Position numbers and translations under genes: made by a program. From Sphingomicrobium sp. (GTDB taxonomy: Bacteria > Pseudomonadota > Alphaproteobacteria > Sphingomonadales > Sphingomonadaceae): DNA of 64,000 nt. This document shows positions 38,905 through 49,157 of the stretch, one piece after another. Location of the stretch: NCBI GenBank assembly GCA_025450755.1, contig JANWLR010000088.1:4988-68987 (forward strand), written 5' to 3'. The notes under the pieces were generated by a model. It was not told the DNA's origin, did no database searches, and saw only the letters and a program-made list of their open reading frames with translations. Every line of letters begins with the position of its first letter. Position 1 is the stretch's first letter.

Positions 38905-39078
38905 TTAGCGGCGGCGGTATTTGTCGATCAGCCAGGTGACGATCGCGAGAACCATGCCGACGCCGAGTCCGATCAGCACGCCCTTCAGCGGATTGCGGAT
39001 CGACAACCCATAAAGAAAGCCGAGCAGGAGGAAGAGGGTGAGGAAACATCCTCCGGCGCGAGTGCGGCTGCCTTGCAT
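38905..39078 (-). CDS. Small two-TM membrane protein (57 aa)
   Basis: MQGSRTRAGGCFLTLFLLLGFLYGLSIRNPLKGVLIGLGVGMVLAIVTWLIDKYRRR. Confidence 0.7.
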   Translation of the reverse strand: MQGSRTRAGGCFLTLFLLLGFLYGLSIRNPLKGVLIGLGVGMVLAIVTWLIDKYRRR

Positions 39079-39117
39079 GGCAGCCCAATGGCAGAGCCGC
39101 CTCGTGAGCGCCAGCGG

Positions 39118-39215
39118 CTAAGCCGGGAAGTTCATGCCTTCGACGATCGCTTGGAAACGCGGGTCGTTCCGAATGGGGTCGAGCATGAAGCCGGTTTGCA
39201 TCTGAGCGAGCCCTC
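39118..39215 (-). pseudogene. Orphan C-terminal fragment of a TolB-like/TPR protein
   Basis: GLAQMQTGFMLDPIRNDPRFQAIVEGMNFPA* matches the LDPxRxDPRF tail of such proteins; no intact upstream frame. Confidence 0.55.
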
Positions 39216-39423
39216 ACCAGCATTTGAGCATCTCCAAACCGAGAGTCCGTCTGTTTCAAGCGCGCGAACGAGCGCGCGATGCGCTGGCGGTCCTCAGCCT
39301 TGTACGAGACGAATACGTCCGTCGTCCGCGGTCTCCCCCGGGCAGGCCCTTGATATGGTCAACGGTTTGTTGACGACATTTGTCGGCAGTCGCGAAACGG
39401 GGCGAGGCGTACAGTCCGTTCGT

Positions 39424-39633
39424 ATGGACAGCCCCTTCATTCACGGCCGCCTTGCCCTCGCCGACGCGTCAGACCTAATCGAGCGGTTCGGCGACGACGC
39501 GGGCTTTGAAGCAGCCGTCCGTGCCGAGCGCAGCCGCGACAACGGTAATGTCGCCCGCTTTTGTCACTGGCGGCAGATCGAGCGCGTCATTGCGACGCTC
39601 AGCAGCGACGAAGTGCACGGGACTATCCACTAA
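39424..39633 (+). CDS. Small hypothetical protein (69 aa)
   Basis: MDSPFIHGR...LIERFGDDAGFEAAVRA...FCHWRQIER; typical codon usage. Confidence 0.75.
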   Translation: MDSPFIHGRLALADASDLIERFGDDAGFEAAVRAERSRDNGNVARFCHWRQIERVIATLSSDEVHGTIH

Positions 39634-39698
39634 GACTCTCTAACAACGGCGCAACGTACTGGCGCGGTTCAGGAGCGCTGGGTAAGGCTTGCCGCTTG

Positions 39699-41714
39699 AT
39701 GAGCGGGCGGGGTTCAAGGCTGTACGCCGCGCAGCTGCTGTGCGCGGCTGCCGCGACTGCGCTTGCGTCGCCGGCTTTCTCCCATGCAGCTCAGCAGCCC
39801 GCACCAGCACCTCAACCGCCGCCCGATGCTGCCGAGCTCGACCCCAATGCGCCGCTTGCGCCCTTGCCCGACCTTGGTGTGCCATGGCCGGATCTCAAGC
39901 CGAGCGAAACTGCGCCCGCGGCAGTCACGACGACCGTCAAGGGAAAGAAGCAGACCCAGGCGATTGCCAGTGATAATGGAGCCATCCGCTACATCGTCCA
40001 GGTCGACGGGCTGGCTCCGATCGGAAATGCCGAGGACCTGCTCCATCAGTTCCGTGCGCAGTCGGCGCTCGAGGCTGAACGCAAGAACCCGGCCAATGCC
40101 GCGCAGATCGGACGCAGAGCGAACTCCGATGCCGACCTCCTCACCCAGCTGCTGCGCTCGCAAGGCTATTATGATGCGGACGTCGAGGCGAGCACGGAAA
40201 AGTCCGGCGACGGGCTGCGGGTCATCCTGACTGCCGATCCCGGCGCACAATATCGCTTCGCTTCGGTCGAGCTTCCGGGTCTCGATGCTGCCGGCGCGGA
40301 CGCGGCAAAGCTTAGCGACGCATTCGGCGTCAAGGCGGGCGATCCGGTCATCGCCGCGGACGTGATCGCAGGAGGCCTCGCACTAACGCAGAAGCTGGGA
40401 GAAGAAGGCTATGCCGAAGCCAAGCTCGGCGACCAGGACATTGAGGTCAACCATCAGACGCACCTCGCCAGCTTGACCCTGCCGGTGGACCCGGGGCCGG
40501 TTGCCCGCTTTGGGGCGATCCACGTAAGCGGACGCCCGCCGTTCAGCGCCCATCACGTCGGGATCATCGCGCGGTTCAAGCGCGGCGACCCGTTCAAGCG
40601 ATCGAAGATCGACGATTTACGCCGAGCTCTCATTGCGACGACGCTTGTCGCCAATGCCGACATCAAGGTCGTTCCGGTCGAGGGTGGCCGTGTCGTCGAC
40701 CTCGACGTCCACTTGGAGCCCGCGCCTTCGCACACGATCGCCGGGCAGGTCGGTTACGGCACGGGCCAGGGTGCCAGCGTCGAAGCGAGCTGGACGGGCC
40801 GCAATTTCTTCAACCCGGAAGGGGCGCTAACGCTGCGCGGCATTGCCGGCACAACCGAGCAATTGCTGGGCGTGCAGTTCCGCCGATCGAACTTCCTCCA
40901 GCGCGATCAGACTTTCAACGCGCAATTCTCGCTCTCGCACCAGAAGTTTGCCGCGTACCGGGCCAGGACGGTGGACCTCTCCGCCAATATCGAGCGGCTG
41001 AGCAACTTTATCTGGCAGAAGAAATGGACCTGGAGCTACGGCGGCGAGTTGCTCGCAACCGACGAGCGCGGCGTGTTCAGCAGCGCCGGGATCAAGGACA
41101 CGAAGACCTTTCTCATCGCCGCTGCGCCGCTGGCGCTCGGCTATGATGGCAGCGACAATCTGCTCGATCCGACCCGCGGGTTCCGTCTCAGCGCGCATGT
41201 CAGCCCGGAGATTTCCTTCCACGGCGGGCACATGACCTACGTCCGCGCCCAGTTCGACGCGAGCGCTTATCATCCGGTGTCGGACAATGTCGTCCTTGCC
41301 GGCCGGGTTCGGCTTGGGACGATTTCGGGGGCGGCCCTGTTCGATCTGGCTCCATCGAGGCGCTTCTATTCAGGCGGCGGCGCTTCCGTCCGTGGATACG
41401 GTTACCAGCAACTCGGACCCAAGGACCAGGACGGCGATCCGATCGGCGGCCGCGGCCTTGCCGAGTTCGGGCTCGAGGGGCGCGTTCGTCTGAAGCAGTT
41501 TGGCGGTAATTTCGGAGTCGTCCCGTTCTTCGACGGAGGCTCGCTTACCAGCAAGGCATTCCCCGACTTCAGCAACTGGCGTTACGCCGCCGGGATCGGC
41601 GTGCGTTATTATTCGAGTTTCGGCCCGATCCGCGTCGATTTTGGTGTCCCGCTAAATCGCCAGAAGGGTGACGGCCCCTTCGCGGTAACGGTGTCGTTGG
41701 GGCAGGCGTTCTGA
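39699..41714 (+). CDS. tamA: Translocation and assembly module outer-membrane subunit (Omp85)
   Basis: Signal peptide, POTRA (SQGYYDA), RFYSGGGASVRGY, C-terminal SLGQAF. Confidence 0.9.
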   Translation: MSGRGSRLYAAQLLCAAAATALASPAFSHAAQQPAPAPQPPPDAAELDPNAPLAPLPDLGVPWPDLKPSETAPAAVTTTVKGKKQTQAIASDNGAIRYIVQVDGLAPIGNAEDLLHQFRAQSALEAERKNPANAAQIGRRANSDADLLTQLLRSQGYYDADVEASTEKSGDGLRVILTADPGAQYRFASVELPGLDAAGADAAKLSDAFGVKAGDPVIAADVIAGGLALTQKLGEEGYAEAKLGDQDIEVNHQTHLASLTLPVDPGPVARFGAIHVSGRPPFSAHHVGIIARFKRGDPFKRSKIDDLRRALIATTLVANADIKVVPVEGGRVVDLDVHLEPAPSHTIAGQVGYGTGQGASVEASWTGRNFFNPEGALTLRGIAGTTEQLLGVQFRRSNFLQRDQTFNAQFSLSHQKFAAYRARTVDLSANIERLSNFIWQKKWTWSYGGELLATDERGVFSSAGIKDTKTFLIAAAPLALGYDGSDNLLDPTRGFRLSAHVSPEISFHGGHMTYVRAQFDASAYHPVSDNVVLAGRVRLGTISGAALFDLAPSRRFYSGGGASVRGYGYQQLGPKDQDGDPIGGRGLAEFGLEGRVRLKQFGGNFGVVPFFDGGSLTSKAFPDFSNWRYAAGIGVRYYSSFGPIRVDFGVPLNRQKGDGPFAVTVSLGQAF

Positions 41715-44700
41715 TGGCCGAGGTCGCGATCGATACCGAGCCTGAGGTGACTCCGCGCCGCCTCCGTCGCGACTGGGCGCGGCGCTTGCTGAACGAGCTT
41801 TTAGCACTATTCATCGCGCTCCTGTTCCTCCTCGCAGGCCTGCTCGTGCTGCTCGACAGCGCGCCCGGCCATCGCTGGATCGTCGACCGTATCGCCGGAA
41901 TCGAGACCGCATCCGGTCTGCGCATCCGGATCGGCAGGATCGACGGATCGATCTTCGGGAAGTCGCAGCTGAAGAGCGTCAGCATCGCGGACAGCCGCGG
42001 CGTGTTCCTGACCTCGCCCAACATCAAGCTCGACTGGACTCCAGGTGCGTGGCTTGAAAATAAACTGTGGGTCGACAGCCTGACGGCCGATCGCGTTGCA
42101 TTAATTCGGCTGCCCAAGCTCAAGCCCAGCACGAAGAAGGGACCGATCCTTCCCGGTTTCGACATTCACGTCGGCGAATTTAGAATCGACCGCCTCGATA
42201 TCGGGGCACAGGTCGGCGGCACGACCCGAAGTGGAAGCGTTGTCGGAAAGGCCGATGTCAACCATGGCCGAGCGCTGGTCGAGCTCTATTCGATCGTCAA
42301 CAACGGCGGCGACCGAATCGCCTTCCATCTCGACTCGGAGCCGGACCGCAACAAGTTCGACGTCTTCACGCGAGTCATTGCACCAGCTAACGGCCTGGTG
42401 CCGGCGGTCATTGGCACGCACCGCTCAATCAACCTGGCGGTCACCGGAAAGGGCAGCTGGACCCGGTGGCGCGGCACCGCGGCCCTCGACCTCTCCGGCC
42501 GTCCGGCGGCCCGGCTGGAATTGGCCGTCGACAGCGGCCGTTATCGCTTGCGGGGGCAGTGGGCGCCGGCGCAATTCCTGACCGGCAGGTACCAACGCCT
42601 CACCGCGCCGCTGGTGACGATCCGCGGTGACGCGACTCTAAAGGATCGGCAGCTCGCCGGCGAGTTGACGGCTTCATCGCCCGAGCTGCGCGCGGTCGCG
42701 AAAGGCACGGTCGATCTCGCCCACGGCAATTACCGCGACATGCGCCTCGGAATCGACCTGCTGAAGCCGTCGGCGCTGTTCACAAACATGACGGGCAAGA
42801 GCATCCGAATGGTCTGGACGCTCGACGGCCCCTTCGCGACGGCCGATTATTCCTATCGGCTGACTTCCGATTTCGTTCAGTTCGACAACAATGGCTTCAT
42901 CGGCCTGCATGCCGAGGGCGCGGGCCGCCTGACTCGCTGGCCGATGCGGGTACCGATCCGGCTTGCGGCCAAAGCGATCACCGGAATCGGCGATGTCGCG
43001 GGAGCGATGCTCGCAAACCCGACTATCGAGGGGTGGCTGACGGTCACTCCCAAGCTCGCCCAGGGCCAGGAGCTGAAACTGACGAGCGCCAAGTGGAACG
43101 GCAAGCTGTCGCTTCTCATCGACCTGGTGACCGGTCGCTTCGACATCATGCTCTCGGGTGCGATGCAGCGCTACCTCGTTCCCGGCGTCGGCATCGTCGA
43201 CGTCGTCACCGACCTTCATGTCGTGCCCGGGCCGAACAACCAGGGCAGTCATGTCGTAGGCACCGCCAAGGCATGGGTCCGCCGGCTCGACAACAGCTTT
43301 TTCCAGAGTCTCACCGGCGGTCTGCCGTCGCTCACGACAGACCTCGAGCGCGGCAACGACGGAGCCGTCCATTTCACGAACCTGCAGCTTTACTCTCCCA
43401 AGCTGCGGCTATCCGGAGCGGGCGAGCGCTTCAAGGATGGCACGTTCCACATCACGGCCGCGGGCAGGCAGGTGAAATACGGCCCGCTGAAGATGGTCCT
43501 CGACGGGCATATCGAGCGGCCAAAGCTCGATATCTTCCTGCCAAGCCCCAACGAGACTCTCGGGATCAAGGATATGCGCCTTGCGCTCGATCCAACTGCC
43601 GCTGGCTACAATTACCGCGCCAATGGCGGATCGCGGCTGGGGCCGTTCACGAGCAATGGCCAGATCATGTTGCCCCACGATGCGCCGACGGTCATAGCGG
43701 TCGCATCACTCAACGCCGGCGGCGCGCACGCGAGTGGCAATCTTACGTCGCTGCCCGGCGGGTTCCTCGGCCGCTTGACGCTCGCCAATGGCTCGCTGGG
43801 GGGAACCCTCGACTTCGCTCCTGCGGGGCAGGCGCAGCGCATCGATGCGCATCTTACCGCCAACAAGGCCGTCTTCCCCGATGCCTTCTCCGTCCGAACC
43901 GGCCGGGCGGACGGCATCATTATTCTTGCCGACGACAAGACGACGCTCGATGGCAGTGTCGATGCGCGAGGAGTTGCGTCAGGTGCAGTGACCCTGGCGC
44001 GGCTCACGGCCAATGCGAAGCTCGTCAATGGAAGCGGCCAGATCCGCGCGGCGTTCGCCGGCCGCCGCGGCGCGAACTTCGCGTTCTCGACGCTTGCCGA
44101 CATCTCACCTAACCAGATTCGTTTGACTGGCAGTGGTAATATCGAGCGGCAACCGCTCGTGCTCAGGCAGGCTGCGGTCCTGACCCGAGAGGGTGACGGC
44201 TGGGCATTGGCGCCGACGGCGCTCACATTCGCGGGCGGTAATGCGACCGTGTCGGGCCGAAGCGGTTCTGCGCCGGAAGTGCATGCCCAGGTCGCGGCCA
44301 TGCCGCTCCAGGTGCTGGACGTGCTCTGGCCCAACCTCGATCTCTCGGGATCCGCGACCGGACGGGTCGACTATTCGTGGAAAAGCAACCGCAGCGGCCG
44401 GCTCGACCTCAAGGTGCATGGGCTCAGCCGCGCCGGGCTCGTCCTCGCCTCCAAGCCCATCGACGTCGCCGTCGCCGCGCTTGTCAACGGCAACCAGGCC
44501 GGAATGCGCGCCGTGGCCGCAAGCGACGGGGCAATCGTCGGCCGGGCCCAGGCACGCTTTGCGCCCCTCGGCAACGGTTCGCTGATGGCCGAGCTGATGA
44601 GCGCGCCGCTGTTCGCCCAGCTGCGCTACGCCGGCCCAGCCGACACGCTATGGCGGCTGACGGGAAGCGAGATCATCGACATGTCGGGTCCGATCGCGCT

Positions 44701-45883
44701 TGGCGCGGACATCGGCGGGCGACTGGAGGCGCCGGCCATCCGCGGCTCGCTCAAGACCGACAGCGGCCGCCTCGAAAGCCAGGTCACCGGCATGGTCATC
44801 GACCATGTCACGACCCAGGCTCATTTCTCCGGTCCGCAGCTGATCTTCAGCCAGATTGCGGGCCAGACCACCGGCGGCGGAAATGTCTCGGGAAGCGGCA
44901 GCGTGACCTTCTCGGGCGGTAAGACCCTGCTCAAGCTTTCATTCAACGCGAACCAGGCGCTTCTCCTCAACCGCGACGATGTTGCGGCGCGCGTTACGGG
45001 CCCGCTTCAGATCAAGTCCGACACGAACGGCGGCGTCATCTCGGGCGACCTTATTCTCAACAAGGGGCGATTCCAGCTCGGCCGCGCCACCGCCGGGGCG
45101 GCAGTGCCCCAACTCGACGTGCGCGAGACCGGTCTCGACGAAGAGGACGTGATTGAGCCCGCGGCGCTTCATCCCTGGAAGCTCGCCATCAAGCTCTCCG
45201 GCGGAAACCTTCAGGTGACGGGTCTCGGAATCAACAGCCGCTGGAGCACGAACCTGCAAATCGGCGGCCTTGCCGACGAGCCGCGCTTCGCCGGCACTGC
45301 CGACCTCGTCCAGGGCAATTATGATTTCGCGGGAAGAGTCTTCCGGCTCGACCGCGGTGTCATTCGCTTCCGCGACGAAAGCCCGCCCAACCCCCTGCTC
45401 GACATCCATGCGTCGGCGACGGTCCAGGGTCTCGACGCAACCGTCATGGTGGCCGGGACCGGCCTGAGGCCGGAGATCACCTTCGCAAGCTCGCCGCCGA
45501 TGCCGCAGGACGAACTTCTCTCGCGGATCCTGTTTGGCACCTCAATCACCAACCTGTCGGCGCCGGAGGCGCTGCAGCTCGCGTCGGCGGTCGCGGCGCT
45601 TCAATCGGGCAACGGCAGCCTCGATCCGATCAACGCGCTTCGAAAGGCGGTGGGTCTCGATCGCCTGCGCATCGTCCCTGCCGATGTTGCGACGGGCCAG
45701 AAAACCGCGCTCGGCGCGGGCAAATACATCACCAGAAAGCTCTATGTCGAAGTCGTGACCGACGGCGCCGGCTATTCCGCGACACAAGTCGAGTATCAGA
45801 TGACGAGATGGCTGTCGGTGCTTTCGACCGTGTCGACCATCGGCCGCTCGAGCGCGAGCGTCCGCATTTCGAAGGATTATTAG
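41714..45883 (+). CDS. tamB: Translocation and assembly module TamB
   Basis: N-terminal TM anchor, long beta-rich body, DUF490-like end (PQDELLSRILFG, GKYITRKLYV). Confidence 0.9.
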   Translation: MAEVAIDTEPEVTPRRLRRDWARRLLNELLALFIALLFLLAGLLVLLDSAPGHRWIVDRIAGIETASGLRIRIGRIDGSIFGKSQLKSVSIADSRGVFLTSPNIKLDWTPGAWLENKLWVDSLTADRVALIRLPKLKPSTKKGPILPGFDIHVGEFRIDRLDIGAQVGGTTRSGSVVGKADVNHGRALVELYSIVNNGGDRIAFHLDSEPDRNKFDVFTRVIAPANGLVPAVIGTHRSINLAVTGKGSWTRWRGTAALDLSGRPAARLELAVDSGRYRLRGQWAPAQFLTGRYQRLTAPLVTIRGDATLKDRQLAGELTASSPELRAVAKGTVDLAHGNYRDMRLGIDLLKPSALFTNMTGKSIRMVWTLDGPFATADYSYRLTSDFVQFDNNGFIGLHAEGAGRLTRWPMRVPIRLAAKAITGIGDVAGAMLANPTIEGWLTVTPKLAQGQELKLTSAKWNGKLSLLIDLVTGRFDIMLSGAMQRYLVPGVGIVDVVTDLHVVPGPNNQGSHVVGTAKAWVRRLDNSFFQSLTGGLPSLTTDLERGNDGAVHFTNLQLYSPKLRLSGAGERFKDGTFHITAAGRQVKYGPLKMVLDGHIERPKLDIFLPSPNETLGIKDMRLALDPTAAGYNYRANGGSRLGPFTSNGQIMLPHDAPTVIAVASLNAGGAHASGNLTSLPGGFLGRLTLANGSLGGTLDFAPAGQAQRIDAHLTANKAVFPDAFSVRTGRADGIIILADDKTTLDGSVDARGVASGAVTLARLTANAKLVNGSGQIRAAFAGRRGANFAFSTLADISPNQIRLTGSGNIERQPLVLRQAAVLTREGDGWALAPTALTFAGGNATVSGRSGSAPEVHAQVAAMPLQVLDVLWPNLDLSGSATGRVDYSWKSNRSGRLDLKVHGLSRAGLVLASKPIDVAVAALVNGNQAGMRAVAASDGAIVGRAQARFAPLGNGSLMAELMSAPLFAQLRYAGPADTLWRLTGSEIIDMSGPIALGADIGGRLEAPAIRGSLKTDSGRLESQVTGMVIDHVTTQAHFSGPQLIFSQIAGQTTGGGNVSGSGSVTFSGGKTLLKLSFNANQALLLNRDDVAARVTGPLQIKSDTNGGVISGDLILNKGRFQLGRATAGAAVPQLDVRETGLDEEDVIEPAALHPWKLAIKLSGGNLQVTGLGINSRWSTNLQIGGLADEPRFAGTADLVQGNYDFAGRVFRLDRGVIRFRDESPPNPLLDIHASATVQGLDATVMVAGTGLRPEITFASSPPMPQDELLSRILFGTSITNLSAPEALQLASAVAALQSGNGSLDPINALRKAVGLDRLRIVPADVATGQKTALGAGKYITRKLYVEVVTDGAGYSATQVEYQMTRWLSVLSTVSTIGRSSASVRISKDY

Positions 45884-45923
45884 TGAACCTATGCCGGCCG
45901 TTGGTGCAGCTGAGGAGATTGAT

Positions 45924-46031
45924 GTGAATCACGGCATCATCGACGTCGTCGCCTTCCAGGAAGCGCTTCTGATCGAAGCGATCTTCGGTATCGTGCTCCT
46001 CACGAGGATATTGGTCGGCTTCCGGTTTTGA
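45924..46031 (+). CDS. Putative 35-aa hydrophobic small protein
   Basis: GAGGAG RBS, GTG start, MNHGIIDVVAFQEALLIEAIFGIVLLTRILVGFRF. Confidence 0.45.
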   Translation: MNHGIIDVVAFQEALLIEAIFGIVLLTRILVGFRF

Positions 46032-46238
46032 TCGCACGGAAGCGCTTTTTCGGCTGGGGTGAGATTGCACTCCAGCCTCAAGTTCGCATGATTTCTGGTC
46101 GCATCGAGCAAGCGCAGCCAAATCCGGTAAGCGGACCCAGGCAATTCGGGCGGGTCGGCAACGGCTCAAATCCCACGAAATGGAGGAATTCGAAGGGCCC
46201 CAAAGTCCAAGCAGTGACGGTAACATGCCACCAAAGGG

Positions 46239-46320
46239 GGCATGCCGGACTTGACCCGGCACCCGCCTTCTTTTCTACCGTGGAACACAGGCGGGTCCCG
46301 GCTCAAAGGCCGGGATGACG
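46239..46320. repeat. REP-like double-hairpin palindromic element
   Basis: CATGCCGGACTTGACCCGGCACCCGCCT...AGGCGGGTCCCGGCTCAAAGGCCGGGATGACG. Confidence 0.7.
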
Positions 46321-46342
46321 AGGGGATGACAGGGCAACTCGA

Positions 46343-47761
46343 ATGAAGAATTGGAATATACGCAAGGCCGTGGTCGCGCGGGAAGACCTGGCGCCCGAGC
46401 ACCGGCTCAAGCAATCCCTTTCCTGGCCGCACCTCGTCGCACTTGGCGTTGGAGCGATCGTCGGAACCGGTATCCTGACCCTGATCGGCGTCGGCGCCGG
46501 CAAGGCGGGGCCGGCGGTCATCCTGTCGTTCGCCATCGCTGGACTGATCTGCGCCTGCGCGGCATTGGCCTATGCCGAGGTCGCGACGATGATCCCGGCT
46601 TCGGGATCCGCCTATACCTATTCCTACGTCGTCTTCGGCGAGCTGATCGCGTGGATGATCGGCGTTGCGCTGATCCTCGAATATACGCTCGTCGTGAGCG
46701 CAGTCGCGGTCGGCTGGTCTGGCTATGCCACTGGATTCCTGAAATCGGTCGGTCTGGGATTGCCTGATGCGCTGATCCAGGGTCCGGAGCTCGGCGGGGA
46801 CATCAACTTGCCCGCGATCTTCATCATCTGGGTCGTCGCCGGGCTTCTTATCGCCGGAACTCGCGAAAGTGCGACGCTCAACGCGATCCTCGTGGTGATC
46901 AAGATGGCGGCGCTTGCCCTTTTCGTCGCCGTCGCGCTGCCGGTGTTCAACGGAGCGCACTTCCATCCTTTCATGCCCTATGGCTTCCCGCGGAGCGGCC
47001 CGCCGGGCTCGGAAGTCGGTGTCATGGCCGCTGCGGCGATCATCTTCTTCGCTTTCTACGGTTTCGACGCGATTGCGACGGCTGCCGAGGAGGCCAAGAA
47101 CCCGAGCCGTGACCTTGCGATCGGCATTGTCGGTTCGATGGTCGTTTGCGTCGCGATCTACATGGCCGTTGCTGCCGCGGCGATCGGAGCGGTCGCCTAC
47201 ACCGGTTTTGCGAACAGTCCCGAACCGCTCGCGCTGATCTTGCGCGAGATCGGGAAGCCGTGGGCCGCAAGAGTCCTCGGGGCAGCCGCGGTGATTGCCC
47301 TGCCGACTGTCATCCTGGCATTCTTCTATGGGCAAAGCCGCATCTTCTTCACCGTTGCCCGCGACGGCCTGCTACCCCCGAGCCTGGCGCGGGTGTCGAA
47401 GCGCGGCACGCCGGTGCGGATCACGATCTTCACGGCAGTGGTGACGTCGATCTTCGCCGGGCTCATCCCGCTCGCCTCGATCGCTGCGCTCGCCAACGCC
47501 GGAACGCTGGCGGCATTCGTCGCGGTGTGCGCGGCGATGCTCGTTCTCCGGCGCCGCGAGCCGGAGACCGAGCGCAAGTTCCGCACTCCCGCGGCGCCGA
47601 TCGTCGGGACATTCGGCATTCTCGGGTGCCTGTATCTGTTCATCAGCCTGCCCAACCGGACCCAACTCTTCTTCCTCACCGCGCAAGTCATCGGGCTCGT
47701 GCTCTACGCCATTTACGGTAGCCGCGCGGCGGAGCGGGCGCGTGTGGGCAGTCGTGGCTGA
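46343..47761 (+). CDS. Amino acid permease (APC family)
   Basis: GAIVGTGI, SGSAYTYSY, FFAFYGFD, EEAKNP. Confidence 0.93.
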   Translation: MKNWNIRKAVVAREDLAPEHRLKQSLSWPHLVALGVGAIVGTGILTLIGVGAGKAGPAVILSFAIAGLICACAALAYAEVATMIPASGSAYTYSYVVFGELIAWMIGVALILEYTLVVSAVAVGWSGYATGFLKSVGLGLPDALIQGPELGGDINLPAIFIIWVVAGLLIAGTRESATLNAILVVIKMAALALFVAVALPVFNGAHFHPFMPYGFPRSGPPGSEVGVMAAAAIIFFAFYGFDAIATAAEEAKNPSRDLAIGIVGSMVVCVAIYMAVAAAAIGAVAYTGFANSPEPLALILREIGKPWAARVLGAAAVIALPTVILAFFYGQSRIFFTVARDGLLPPSLARVSKRGTPVRITIFTAVVTSIFAGLIPLASIAALANAGTLAAFVAVCAAMLVLRRREPETERKFRTPAAPIVGTFGILGCLYLFISLPNRTQLFFLTAQVIGLVLYAIYGSRAAERARVGSRG

Positions 47762-49157
47762 GGCAAAGACCGGTCCGTCGCAGGGCCGCTCAGCGATCGC
47801 CTTATTCGTCGCCGTGCTGCTGATCCCGGCAGTGCTCGGAAGCTCGAAGACGATCTTCAACGACGGCGACGTCAGCTGGCACATCGCGACGGGGCAATGG
47901 ATCCTCGACCATCGCGCGATCCCTCACGCCGACCCTTTCTCGTTCACCTTTGCGGGCAAGCCGTGGGTGCCGATCGAGTGGCTCGCGGAACTGATCTACG
48001 CCTCGGCCTACCGGTTGGCGGGCTATGGCGGAGTGGCTGCGGTGGTGACGGCCGCGCTGATCGCGCTTCACGCGGTCGTCTATTTGAATGCCAGCCGCTC
48101 GGTGCGGTCCGCGCTTCTGCCGATCATCGCGATGGATTTCGTGCTGATCCCGATGCTGCTTGCCCGCCCGCACGTGCTGACCTGGCCGCTGCTCGCCTTG
48201 TGGACCTGGCTGATGTTGCGGGCCCGCGAGCAGGACCGGGCCCCGCCGCTTGTCGCGGCGCTACTGATGAGCTTTTGGGCCAATCTTCACGGCGGATTCG
48301 TGTTTGGCCTGGCGATCGCCGGTGCATTCGGCCTCGAAGCGCTGGTCGATTCAGCCGACAAGATGCGCGCGTTGCGGCTGTGGCTGATTTTCGGCCTGGC
48401 GTGCGTCGCTGCCTTGTTCATCAACGGCAATGGCATCGAGGGCGTCGTGCACCCGCTGCGCTTCACCCAGCTGCAGATGCTGCCGCTGATCGACGAGTGG
48501 AAACCGTCGACGCCGGCGCGGACTCCCTATTTCTTCGCTGTCCTGACAATCACGATCGCGCTGATCGCATGGAAGAGGCCCCGGCTGCCGTGGGTGCGTT
48601 GGCTGATCATGGCCGGCCTGCTCGGCCTCGCTTTTCTGCAGGTCCGTCACCAGACAACGCTGGCGATCGTCGCTGCGATGCTGCTTCCCCAGGGATTCGC
48701 GCGCGGAGCGGTGGAGCGGGAGGAGCCCAGTCCGGAGCTCGGTTGGGTGCTCGCTGCCGGCGCCGCCCTGCTCGTCTGCGTTCGCGCAATCATGCCGCTG
48801 AGCCCGCCCGAGAATGATGCGAACCCGTGGCACTTGATTACCGAAGTCCCGCCGCAGCTCCGCTCGCAGCCGGTCCTGAACGGCTATTCGATGGGCGGCC
48901 CACTGATCCTGTCGGGCATCCGGCCCTATGTCGACGGCCGCGGCGACATGTACGGCGACGCTTTGGTGCTCGATTATTCGCACATCACCCACGGCGACGC
49001 GCAGGCATTCGACAGGGCGGTTCAGCGCTGGAACATCCGCTGGGCCATGATTCCAAACGGCGACAAGGCCCTGATGGCGTTGCTCGACCGCTCGCCCGGG
49101 TGGCGGCGGATTGCGAGCGACAAGGTCGGCGTAATCTACGAGCGAAGCGGTGCTTAG
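47754..49157 (+). CDS. Polytopic membrane protein, GT-C-like
   Basis: DGDVSWH, EWL, ARPH, WANLHGGF, YVDGRGDMYG; start could be 47742. Confidence 0.65.
   Translation: MAEAKTGPSQGRSAIALFVAVLLIPAVLGSSKTIFNDGDVSWHIATGQWILDHRAIPHADPFSFTFAGKPWVPIEWLAELIYASAYRLAGYGGVAAVVTAALIALHAVVYLNASRSVRSALLPIIAMDFVLIPMLLARPHVLTWPLLALWTWLMLRAREQDRAPPLVAALLMSFWANLHGGFVFGLAIAGAFGLEALVDSADKMRALRLWLIFGLACVAALFINGNGIEGVVHPLRFTQLQMLPLIDEWKPSTPARTPYFFAVLTITIALIAWKRPRLPWVRWLIMAGLLGLAFLQVRHQTTLAIVAAMLLPQGFARGAVEREEPSPELGWVLAAGAALLVCVRAIMPLSPPENDANPWHLITEVPPQLRSQPVLNGYSMGGPLILSGIRPYVDGRGDMYGDALVLDYSHITHGDAQAFDRAVQRWNIRWAMIPNGDKALMALLDRSPGWRRIASDKVGVIYERSGA

Noticed and set aside
38821-39423. Long 5' part of the 270-aa ORF 38821-39633
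   Set aside because: Overlaps a better minus-strand gene; only 39424-39633 looks coding
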